Source: Catajapyx aquilonaris (taxonomy: Eukaryota). Taken from it: 64,000 bases of DNA. Position 1 is the stretch's first letter. Each line of letters starts with the position of its first letter. Positions 51,639 to 64,000 of the stretch are shown here, one piece after another. The notes under the pieces were generated by a model that had not been told where the DNA came from, did no database searches, and was given only the letters and a program-made list of their open reading frames with translations. Made by a program: the position numbers and the translations under genes. The stretch is taken from positions 124,001-188,000 of the forward strand of contig KZ538551.1 of the NCBI GenBank assembly GCA_000934665.2, written 5' to 3'.

Positions 51639-54600
51639 TTACACTTTCAGTACTGGCCGCACGGCTGGAACCTCGCTTAAGCCGAAGAGATGCTTCATGT
51701 CCTCTAGAGTAAGCTTGGCCAACCCCTTCCTCTTAGCACCGGCCAGAACCATACTGGCCAGATTCAGCTTCTTCTCCTGCAGCTCCACGATCCTCTCCTC
51801 TACGCTTTTCCCAGTTACAAATCTGTGCACGTGGACGTCCTTGGTCTGCCCCATCCGATGCACCCGGTCGCAAGCCTGCGCTTCCAGCTGCGGATTCCAG
51901 TGCAGGTCCATCATGAAGAGGTGGTTGCCGCCCATCAGGTTCAAGCCGACGCCGCCCGCAACCAGCGACAGCAGCATGACATCGATGTCACTCCTGGGAT
52001 CGTTGAAAGCTTCAACAATTTCCCCCCTCTTGTTGACAGGAACTTGGCCAGTGAGGGACACGCAGCGGAAACCCAGGACTTGCAGGTGCTCCTGGAGGAT
52101 GGATAGAAACGAGGTCCACTGCGATACGACCACAACCTTCTCGCGATGGCCAGTCAGAGCCTTCGACTTGATCTTGCTAAGTTCTTTCGAAGCAAGTTTT
52201 ATCTTGCTGGAAGCTCTGGATATGTCGAACACAGGGTTGGAGACATGGAGAATCAGGCTGTCCCTGGAAGCCTTATCGCCGTCACCAAGACTCATAGTCT
52301 CAAGCTGCGAGAGAAGGTCGACGTCGAGGTCAGCCTCCGGGTCGTCACCCGCAATCGCTTCAGCATGACGTGACTCCGAGTCCAACATCGACTTAATCAA
52401 ACCCGGGTGGCAACAGATCTGTCGCAAACGGAGAAGCAGGACAAGCAGGTGATGCGCCTTCACTGCCTCGCCCTGTTCAAGACCTGCAAAACAGCAATTG
52501 TTAGCAAACTTGCACGGGATAATTTCATCATACCCTAACCTTTCATCTTGTGACCTCCATATGCCCCAGTCCCGAGTTTGGCCATGTCAGCATCCCGATC
52601 GGCCTGCTGCTTCAGGAAGTCCATCATCATTTTCTGGGAGAACGACAGCACCTTCTCGTACACCTCCCTCTCCTGCTCGTTCATCTCAACCGAATGCACC
52701 TGCACTTCTTTGGATGGAAGGACCACGAGCCTCTGCCCGCAGAAGTCCTGGTCCTTGGTCCGCCTCAGCATCAGGCACTTAATGACCAGGTTCAGCCGCT
52801 GCACTCCGGCCGCACTCTTGTTGTCCACCCAGTTTTTCCAGACCGCCAGTTCGTCAAATGGCGAGCAGCGAAGGAAGCGCAGGAGAGAGTAAATGTCCAT
52901 CTCGCGATTGTGCAGAGGAGTTCCCGTCACCACCCAGCGACGTCCTGCTCGGAGAGAACACACAGCCTGCAAACACGACACATTAGCAACTGACAATATT
53001 CCTGGAGGTCGTGCACTGTACCTGCGACGTCTGGGCTTTCGGATTCCTGATGGTATGACCTTCATCAAGTATGATTCGGTCCCAACCTAACCGGAACAGG
53101 TTCGTAGGCGGGGTGACATTACACTCTTTCATGACTAGGGTGTATGTGGTTATTACCAAGTCATATGTGTCCAGCTTCTCTTGATGCTTGCCTCGGGACG
53201 ACCCGTGATACACCAGTACTCGCAATCTCCGGCCAATCTTGGTCTCAGCCTCTGATTCCCACTGGCTAATCAAGCTGGCCGGGCAAATAACGAGCGTAGT
53301 TCCGCATGTCTTAAGGCCCTCAACCTCCGGCCTGGGGCAGCCCTTCTGCGCCAGTACAAGGGCCAACATGCTCAGCGTCTTCCCTAGCCCCATCTCGTCA
53401 GCCAAGATGCCACCGGGTGGATGCTGGGTCTCACGCCACTGCATCCAGGCCAGGGCATGACGCTGGTGTGGCATGAGGGACACAGTGATGCCTGGCGGAG
53501 TCACGGCCTGGATTGTTTCACCTGGAAGAACCTTCAGGGCACCATGGATCTGCTTAAGAGCATCCATTGTCACACTTCGAACTTCAATCCTGCGATTCTC
53601 AGTCATCCGTCCACCGTACAGTTGGTTGAGATGAGGGTTTGCTGCATACAAAGCTGCGAGGTTGGCTGGACGAGGAGCTGCCTGTGCTCCAGCAGTCTGC
53701 ACCTGTTTACAACATTAATCGTACTCTCAACTCCATAGCACTAACAATCAATAACCATACTTACCACCGGTGTGTATCCACTGGCTTGCGAAGAGCTTGC
53801 CGTACTAGCCAAATCCATCTGCGCCAGCTCCTGCTCCAGTGCCGATATGGCCCGCTGGAGCTTCCGGCCATTTTCAGCCAACTCTGCTGGATTCATCACT
53901 CGATGCTGCATCCTAAGTCGGTGGAGCTCGGCCGTCTTTTCCTTCCGAACCCTCTCGGGATCCGGCTCTTCACAATCCATCTCTTGCAGTGCCCTAATCT
54001 TCCCCTTCAGACTCTCATACTTTGACCTCAACTTGGCCCCCTTGTCCGGCAGCGAATCCAGATTTGGGATACTTCGAGCCGCCCGCTTCACCTGGGCCAG
54101 CTCTTCTTTGAGGGCTGCCAGTTTCTTATCACGCGAAGCTGAAGAAAGCCTCGCTTCTCCTGATGGACCGCCTAAAAGAGCAGGTTCTGAAGGCGACTTT
54201 GCTGGAAAATTTTTCACAGCTCCTGCTGGAGAAGGCACACGTGTTGCTCCTGCTGGAGAAGGCACACGTGTTGCTACTGCTGGAGAAGGGACACGGGTTG
54301 CCTCTGTTGGAGAACGACCTTTTGCAGCAGGATCTGGAGATGGTACTGCTGTGACGGAAGGCTCCGGTGATTCAGGTGGTGACGAACGTCCTCTTGATGT
54401 CCCTCCTGGGGATGTCTTTCTGATCGAAACTGACGGATGAGCATTGAAATAATCCGGTGGCGATTCAATGCTCGCGATTTCGTGGCCTCCACTCGCTTCG
54501 GGCTCTTCACCTGAAAATAATTTTACGTCCAGTACTTGCAATCCATTAGCCTTCAAAACACAACACTTGATCTCTACAAGATTTGCTGTCTACAGATTGT

Positions 54601-55125
54601 ACTTTCACAATTCAGACATTAAATTTATGACACTTACATATACCCCAATGTGCCAGCTTCGTTGCTCTAATGTAAATTAAAGGCAAAAAAAAAAGTCTGA
54701 TAAATTAAATTGGGGTAACTCAACCCAACTGCAAAACTTTATTTCTACGGATACGATTGTTAATCCATATTTGTTTGTCGCCTGATTTCATTACCTGCTG
54801 GTAGAGTCGACCCTTCCAGGACGGGTCCGGTATCTTCTTCTTCTTCTGAGTCGTCCACCGTGACGTGATCTTCTGATGAGCTGGAATCTACCTCCCTGTA
54901 ATTCCCATAGTCCCCCGACTTCTCCACTAAATCGCAGCTGCTGTCATCCAACTCGTTACGACCATCGGAATAGTTTCCCCCGAGGGAATGGATCCTGGTG
55001 CTGCACAATTTTGGCGGAGAGTTGAACTCGTCCTCATCGTCATCCGAATCTGAAGACACGACAGCTGCTCTCTGCACCCGTCGTCTGGGCCTCAATATCA
55101 CAGAATCTCCCTCGCTGTCTGACAT
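51639..55125 (-). CDS. TTF2: Transcription termination factor 2 / lodestar-like SNF2-family ATPase, copy A, intact, 1009 aa
   Basis: Exons 55125-54795, 54510-53765, 53702-53022, 52966-52540, 52483-51639; GT-AG introns in phase; 3030 nt in total. Motifs: LMPHQRHALAWM, GGILADEMGLGKT, TLVICPASL, RIILDEGH, VTGTPLHN, MLRRTK, LLVLLLRLRQICCHP, VVVSQWT, LLSLVAGGVGLNL, DLHWNPQLEAQACDRVHRMGQ. No RING insert, unlike Rad5/HLTF; the LYGGRM and DLHWNPQLE segments fit TTF2/lodestar. Confidence 0.93.
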
Positions 55126-55524
55126 TTTCAGACGTCTACACCTGCAATGATTACACTAATTACAATCTTCATTAATTAATAATAAGTGTCCAGTACTACT
55201 ACTATTCCACGCTTACTCGAATAATTACGTTTAGGCTTGGAGAAAAAAAAAGCTGGTGCATGGAATAGTGATGGACACCTAATTTAGCTAATTAATTAAT
55301 TAATAAGTGACTCTGGTGTACGCCTGAGCTTACCGGACTGCCCACAAGTCCAGCCAAACGTCAAGTGAACAGGAAAAACTGAAATCAAACCGATAAAATA
55401 ATGATAGGAAAAAACCGTTGAAGATTTCGTTCGAAAGCACGGCCGGCAGGCAGGGCTTGGATCTTGGAAATAAGAGGAGAATCCTAATCCGAATCCAATC
55501 GCTTTCTTTCTAACCGTGTTCATA

Positions 55525-55553
55525 CAAGGTTGCCTGATTCTAACGCTAACTAA

Positions 55554-55607
<54 letters not shown>

Positions 55608-55707
55608 CTTCTCAAAGTTCCAAAAGTTGGATATAAATTAATTCATGTTGTTTTTTTATTATTTTTAAATATACTACATGATCAATTTTTGCATCTGGCT
55701 ACCCTTG
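55525..55707. mobile_element. MITE relic containing a (TA)n tract, just upstream of TTF2 copy A
   Basis: Ends CAAGGTTGCC and GGCTACCCTTG are imperfect inverted repeats; (TA)n at 55561-55604. Confidence 0.4.
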
Positions 55708-56061
55708 AATACGCTTGAATACCGTATCGTTCGATACTTCGATACAGTTCGATACCATTCAAAATGAGGAAATAAAATTCTGCATTTGCGCTTTCATTTT
55801 ATTATCCTGATTGTTGATGTACTATACTTAAATTATTCTCAATTTTAGCCACCGTTATGTTGGGCAATTACTTGATTTAAATATAGCTCGACATCAATGC
55901 AATATTATCCTCCTGAGACCCCTGCTGGTACAGTATACTGTACCATTGTTTTTTTCCAGCACCTTCTGACCTCTTCTGACTAACTCAAACGCGTAAAAAA
56001 AAACACAAAGGTGATTGAAAGGTGTACTAGGGGTCTCAGGAGGTTATAGAGAAAACAGGGA

Positions 56062-56380
56062 ATGATTTTCCAAAGGAAAGTGTGGGGTAAAAGGCAATAC
56101 AACCGCTGGTGCATTGTGGCCAAGTGGTTAGTGTCTTCCCCTTCCAAGTGGAAGGACAAAGGTTCAATACCAGCAGAGAGATGACATTTTTTTTCTCTCT
56201 CTCTCGTCTCTCTGGAGGATAAATAGCACAAGATTCAGTCGAAGTTGGTTGTTTATTCTCACAGCCTGATCATAATTATTATGATCAGAGTCACATGGAA
56301 GTGGCTTTGTTGCTGCGAGTCCCTGGGAATAAATTCTCCTCGTATATTCTGTTGTTTATATTTTATTCTGGACTGCAAAT
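56062..56380 (+). mobile_element. tRNA-Gly(TCC)-like repeat (SINE-like), copy 3
   Basis: tRNA-like core at about 56111-56182 (GCATTGTGGCCAAGTGGTTAG...CTTCCAA...GGTTCAATACC) with the shared flanks. Confidence 0.7.
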
Positions 56381-56874
56381 TCAGGCCACACAATTTGAAG
56401 AGTCCAGGGGAAAAGGGGGGAATCTCACACAAAAAAATGTTCGTCAGAAACCGAAGAAATTGCTTTATTTCTTCACGTGTCTGAAGAATAATAGGGATAT
56501 CTTCACGTCATTATATGCAACTGTCCCCCTTGAATTATTACCCATGGAAAGCCTCCAGGTATAAGTGGTACCTACGCTACCATTGTACTGTGCACTTGAC
56601 GGGAACCCCAATGGAATTTGGCTTTAATTTGGCCTGAGTGGTTGGGCACTCGCCTATAGTCACGTGTTGATAATGCTCTCATATAGGCTCCACATAGCTT
56701 CCTTACAAATCAAGAGGATTGCGAGACATCAGCTAAAGATTTAGTGCCGGGTGCACCAGATGCGTAAGATAAAAAAAAAACGGCCCATTTTTGATTGTTT
56801 TTAATCGTTGGCAAAACTGAAATAAAAATCAATAACAAAGATAAAAGTGCATTTTTGATCTACCTAGACAGGTA

Positions 56875-57085
56875 CACCCGCGAGCATGAAGGTGGAGACG
56901 GCAGACCCTCCCCTTCGGCAGGCTGCTCTGCCAATCTCAGCTATTACGGTATCAAATATACTGTCATTAATACACGAACACACGCCTGAAGCAGCTAACT
57001 CGGTCCAAAAAGAGTTCATTAATTTGAGTCGGATAAAGAAAGGTCAAAAAAGGGCCTGCCGTCTCCATCTTTATGCTCGCGAGGG
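56875..57085. mobile_element. 211-bp Tc1/mariner-type MITE
   Basis: Imperfect TIRs of about 35 bp (core CGCGAGCAT.AAG.TGGAGACGGCAG.CCCT) flanked by TA on both sides. Confidence 0.8.
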
Positions 57086-60000
57086 TACATCGGTCACTCT
57101 CTCATGATTTATCGCTGCGACTGCTGTTAATCATACTTGATAAAAATTCAAAACACTTTAACAAAATTTGCATCAGAGTGAGAATTTTTAAAAAATTCCG
57201 TCCCTTTCCTTTCATGTTGCGCTTATGGAAGGATATAGTGATGGAGAGAGTTTAAAACATCTCACTTGGCTAAAAAAAAAATTAAATTTTGTGGATGTTT
57301 TTCCTTGGTCAGCATATACCGGTATTTCGTGGTATAAGAGAAAGAGAGAGAGAAAACCACATGTCAATTTGTGACAGCCACCTTTACTTGTTAATTTTTA
57401 TAGTTGAAAAAGTAGGTTTTTGCTGATTTTTAAGAGACAAAACAATTAAAATCTCCGCTTCCTTGTAACCTATGATGACATGCAGTTCCATTTTTGTTTT
57501 ATACCCCTTTTGAAGACGCTTTCAACCGTGACTTACTCTTTAAATTTGTACCATAAGTTTCAGCTTGAGAAATAAACAAATCTCTGGATGGGGGGGGGGG
57601 GGGGGNGGGGGTCCTAAACTTTCGGGAAGGGCCGTATTTTGAGGGGAAATGTCTGTGATGCACCTTTGGCGGCATGCACTATGATTTACAGGTTCACTCT
57701 GATGCAAATAAAACTCGCATCTTCCACTCATGATTCAATCCACAACTTTAGGTCCTCATTTAACATTACTCTTAAATCAGGCCTTCAGGATAACCTACCA
57801 AAATGTGGCACAAACTTCGAATTGTTTCGAACAGATATTTCATAAAATTCCATGGCACATTATTGGCATAGGGTTTAAGTTATGGAGCAGTTCGCGGTAA
57901 CAGAACCTCGATTTTAGAAAGTTTACTTTCCATTATATTATGCTGTGGCCAAGCAGCAATGCAATAATTGTCTTCAATGTCCATCACACTTCGACTTAGG
58001 GGTTTGGAGTTGCAACATAAGCTCCTTGTTGCAATGATTTCACTATGATGCAACAAAATCTGACTTTTTTAATCCATGGAAATTCATCGCCATATTCATG
58101 TTCCTTAGGTCACGAAGTAACTCATAATGGGGAAAACCTATTGAAAATGGGGCCTTTCTTGGATATTTTTTTTTAGGTTATTGGAAGTGGTCATTTGCCT
58201 TGTAGAGAGAAAACATTTCCGGCACCCTTTTATGGCCCAGGCTCGATATTTGCTGATTGACAGGGTCCTACAGTGGACAGTTGTGAGACCCCGGGGCGCT
58301 TAACTTCGGCGTCAAGCTCCCCTCCCCTCCGCCCTTCATTGCCCCAGGCTAGCACATGGGCCTACCAGTCTGGGCAGGGGGGGTCAAAGCACGGAGCCCT
58401 GGGGCCTTTCTACGCACCCACCCCAACCCAAGGTGATAAGTGAGGAACAGAAAGAGTTGACCCCCTGAAGTAGACCTGCCTCTGAGGGAGGGACCAACCT
58501 TCTCTTCTTGGTTACTATGGTTAGGCCTAGTCGCACCAGAGGGAAACCAATCATTATTATTTATCACCTATTTATCATTATTATTTATCACATATTACGT
58601 ATTACTTGCTATTTCTTATTACTTATTATTTATATTGCTTATTTATTATCATTTATTATTTATTAGTGATAATTATCAATCACTTAAAACCTCTGTGTTT
58701 AAGGACTAATAAAAAATCAGCAATTACACATCATGCCTTCGTAAAATCTCATGTAAGCACAGTACTTGCTTTTGAAAAATTGCTCTACTTTTATATGTAC
58801 ACATTGGGAATGAAACCTACAAAGAACATGAACAAAAAAATGTCAGCCAGGAATGTTTAATAAAGAATTGCACATACAATATTAACACAAAAATAATGAA
58901 ATTGTGGGAAGATCTGTACACACACAAGTGACTTTTTTTTTTTTTCGAGTTGAAATCACCAGAAATCCCGCAAATGATGCGTTTTCAAAAAAAAAAAATG
59001 GGAGGGCAAAAATAATTAACGGCACAAGTCACGTTGCAGGTGACTTCTACTTCGATTAAACTAAGCTGCCGAAAAAACAGCGGGAGGATTTTTTACTAGT
59101 AATTCACGTCACGTACACAATATACAGCGCACCGTTGGGACAAATATTCCTTTCCAAAGTTGGGGACAAAAGTACGCCGAACCTACCGGCGGTGCGGCAA
59201 GACTTTAATTATTGTAAGGGAAGCATCAAAACTTTTTAAGCCTTCCCCGAGGCAAGTCGTTTTATGCACAACTAACAAATTGGCTACGTACTGCTTTTGC
59301 AAATTCATCACCAAATCAAAAAATACATGTCGGAGGAGAGGGAGCTAATATCTCATTAAGTGACCCTGCATCGTTAATGATTATGAAAGTGGCAAACCCC
59401 CACTCAAATTCTGCAAACTGCAACAAGTGCGTCGATCTTTTTTCTTTTGCAAAAAACCTTTCCGCAAAAATCTCCCCTCCCCTCCGCACAAATTAAAAAA
59501 AGGCCCAAAGTGTGTCACCATTTTCAACAAAAAGTACGTGCATTTTGATGTCCATTTGTCACTGCACATTTAAGTGTCTGTCTCCAAATAATTAATTAAT
59601 AAGTGTGAGACTTGATGTGATCATTTAGGTGGAAAAAATAATTAAACAAAAAAGGAACCGCACCAGAGTTGGGTTGTCACCTGAAAATTAAGTCAAAATT
59701 AGTACAAGTGCAGAATATTTGTGCTGTAATGTTCATTGCCGCAAGTGACTTGAACGCATCTTTTTATTTCTCACTTTTGCAAAATTTGAATGCATATGTA
59801 CACCAAAAGTCACAAGAAAAAAAGAACTAACATTCTATAATAGTTAACTGGCTCTGTAATATCTACATATTGCAAATTTTATCCCTCTGATATTCTCATT
59901 ATAGATTTTTTTTTTAAATTGACGTGACTTAAAACTCCTGTAAATGTATGTACCCAACCATGCACATTTAACAAAATGATCACAATTATGATTATTATTA

Positions 60001-60231
60001 AAGTTTAAGTCCTGCACTTTATCAACTTATCAACATATACAAACCCACCTGGCAACTATGCAGAAAGAGGGGGGAAATGTTTGTGTTGATTAATAATAAT
60101 AATAATTTTTTTTAACGCTGATTTTTTTCCGGTTTCGAATAAATTTCCCCCGATCCCATTTTCTAGCTCAAATTTTTTTTTCCCCCCCTTTATTTTTTTA
60201 AATTTTTTGGTCCCCTTTCTTTGGATGTAGC

Positions 60232-61508
<1,277 letters not shown>

Positions 61509-62949
61509 TTATCACGGTTCCCTCTTGATAACCAAATGAAACTGAAAATGAAGCAAGTCACCATTAGTGTTCACAGAAGGACAGTCCTCCATGCAAAAAA
61601 AACTAGCAATGGCTGTTTACGTAGTAATGGTCACATCATGAGTAACATTAGTGACAACTTTTAAAACAATGCTTAAAAGCCACATTTAAAAAAAAAAACT
61701 TATTTTGTGATTCACTACCCTTGTCCTTGCTTGTTTTGTCTGTTCAGCACTCTCCTCACCCACTTGCCCCATAGACTTTCACTGGGAGTAATAACAATTG
61801 TGCTCAGAAACCTTCACATAATTGCTCGAGTAAACAACAAAGGCATTTCACAAATGTGGCGTACATAAACATGATTTCTCAGCTTACGTAGAGGACACCT
61901 ATCAGTAAAGTAGGTGGCATTAACGAATAATGTAAATAGCATTTCTCAACAGCCAACTGTAAATACCTCCTATGCAGCCCTGCCCAAAATGTAAACAGTT
62001 GTGCCCTATTTGTAAAGTACTCTGTAAGTAACCTTCTCACTCTGGGAGGGGGAGGATATGCAACAATATTAAATCTATTAATAACAGCCTGCATCCCTGC
62101 CAATAATAAAACGGAATAATAAGGTCAAAGTGCAAGGAAAAACAACTTTAGAATAATGCAGATTAACAAGCTGAACACTCAAAATAGGCATAGTGTGACC
62201 TCTCCAAGAAGGTCATTTATTAAAATAAGCATTGCACGATAAAGAAGATAACTCAACAAATCCCTCTATGTTTTTATGCAACGATCATGTTTGCAAAAAT
62301 TGGAAAGCCTTTCGGTTACGTTCAAGGGCATACGCCATTGACAATTGTCATGCTTTTACTCGAATGTACGGAGATGCAACAAACGTTCCAATTCAACCCG
62401 AATGACACCGGAACAGTTCTTGTTCCAGTCTGGTTCCCTCTCCGTGCCCATGTCCCCCCCGTGGGTCATCTATGCCCAACCCTTGCCCCAGCATCCCTGC
62501 GGTACACATCAGGCCGGCCCCTTTGTGCCCAATTCTGATCGAGATAAGATTTCCCATAATTCGGGGGCGTCAACCACCACACTTAATATTATTATATACT
62601 GACTGTGCAATCACACTTGTTCTGTCCCTGGGACCCAACTCTTCCGATCGGCGCAGGCTCCTCCGATGCCTCTGTCCAACTGTCCTTGACCCGCGGGCCG
62701 CCCTTGGGGTCAGCGGTGAAAGGCTGGGGAGGAACGGAGAGGGCCCGAAGGAGCAATCTGGCAGGAAAAAAAGAACAGCGGATTCTACCAGAGAGAAAAT
62801 ATGGCCGACGCTAGTTCCCAATATGACCGGGATTGCACCGATGGCGCTGCTGTCCACCAACGAATCACCAAATTATAAATTACAATGATTAAATTTTATA
62901 ATTAAATTATAATTAAAGTGCGGGTTAATTAACGGGAAGTTAGCTGGTT

Positions 62950-63080
62950 GAGGCTGGCACGTGACCTGTTCCGCTTGTTGTGATTGGTTGGATTGGAGGT
63001 GACGGCGGACATGTTGGAGCTCCGGGCGTAACTGGCGCGTTGTGATTGGTCAGGAGTTGCAAGATGGCGGCGCCCGTGGT
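62950..63080. promoter_or_regulatory. Housekeeping-type, possibly bidirectional promoter upstream of Rab14
   Basis: GC-rich patch with E-box CACGTGAC 62958-62965, three ATTGG (reverse CCAAT) boxes at 62983, 62992 and 63045, and YY1-type CAAGATGGCGGC 63060-63071. A likely non-coding Rab14 first exon lies at about 62604-62870 (donor GTCAGT near 62603; acceptor TTTTCAG near 61542). Confidence 0.65.
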
Positions 63081-63663
63081 TTAGTACGTGACAAAATAAT
63101 GCAGGCGAAATACCAGGAAAAATGAAGCGACGATGTCAAGTGAACGGAAAATATTGTGTAATCATCTCGTGACCAATTGTCATGAAGAATAAAATACGTT
63201 ATGAAAGCACATCGAGCAGTTCGTAACAGTGCAATAAAAAAGTGGGCAATGACTCTAAAGTGGGTGATGAATCATACGATGTGTCATTGCTCTGTACTGT
63301 ACAGTTATGCTGCTCTCGTTGCATTCCATACATTACTCTCTGCTGCTTATCGACCTTGCCTATTGTGGTTTCCTTCGCTCTCTTCAACTTCCTTGTAATA
63401 AATTCCAAGAATAGTAACAATAGCCAGGACAATAACAAATCGACAATTGGCTAAAGAATACATAATTATGGAAAGACATGAAAAATATTTTTGAGAGGTT
63501 GTTACATTATGTGTGAATGACACATTTGCAATTTATTTGTGCTTCTGTAGATTCTTATGAATGCGATGGAATAGAAAAGGATGCTAATACTTCGTCTTAT
63601 GGTTCAAAATGTCAAACAGTACTCTAGTCACGTAATGGTTGATGTGATCATTGTGAAATGGTC

Positions 63664-63870
63664 AGTTTTGTCTGGCGTACATCTAAAAAAAAAGGGCCAG
63701 TTGTGTCAAGAGTTGAAAAATGCCCTCCTTGGTATTCCCAGAACAAACTGTTGCCACCTTCTTACCGCGTTTTACATCTTCGAGATTCACGCCACACACA
63801 TTCTTTCACGGAATTTTGTGTCTGTTGCGGAAACTTTACAGCCACCCATTTGACGCACTTAAACCGATAG
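63664..63870 (-). mobile_element. Decayed pogo/Tigger (CENP-B-like) transposase fragment
   Basis: Minus strand reads GLSASNGWL*SFRNRHKIP*KNVCG (CENP-B-type HTH end, consensus FxASxGWLxxFKxRH) and, after frameshifts, approximately IFN...TG.FFRCTPDKT (consensus IFNxDETGLFxRxxPxKT at the start of the DDE domain). Contains stops and frameshifts. Confidence 0.8.
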
Positions 63871-64000
63871 CAGCATCATTATTCAAAGGGTATGCCAGGA
63901 TGAAACAAAGTCAATTGTAACTCAGAAGGTCTCCTGTGATTAGTGCGAAGGTTGAGAGTGAACCTGGCTGTACCTTCTATTTTCATGGCTCACAGGAGAT

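Overview
Eukaryotic (animal, probably arthropod) genomic DNA: spliceosomal GT-AG introns, many MITEs, Helitron-like repeats and tRNA-derived repeats, and a (TTAGG)12 tract. Most ORFs in the supplied track are noise; gene models were assembled by hand from splice sites and reading-frame phase. All protein genes are on the minus strand. (1) An intact Rab14 with five coding exons (60232-61496, 215 aa), preceded by a motif-rich promoter near 62950-63080. (2) A tandem array of TTF2/lodestar-type SNF2 ATPase genes: one intact copy (51639-55125, 1009 aa), a copy with a ruined 5' half but an open, patchily near-identical ATPase core (44807-47742), and a deletion remnant (41663-42587). They are interleaved with fragments of an unidentified acidic-protein gene and a tRNA-Gly(TCC)-like element that recurs once per unit. 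(3) An unrecognised five-exon gene for a secreted 336-aa protein with a signal peptide, two Cys pairs, basic cleavage sites and an acidic Ser/Thr tail (22061-30973). (4) A probable first exon of a gene running out of the window to the left. There is also a decayed pogo/Tigger transposase fragment and several long palindromes. No prokaryotic system or CRISPR array was seen.
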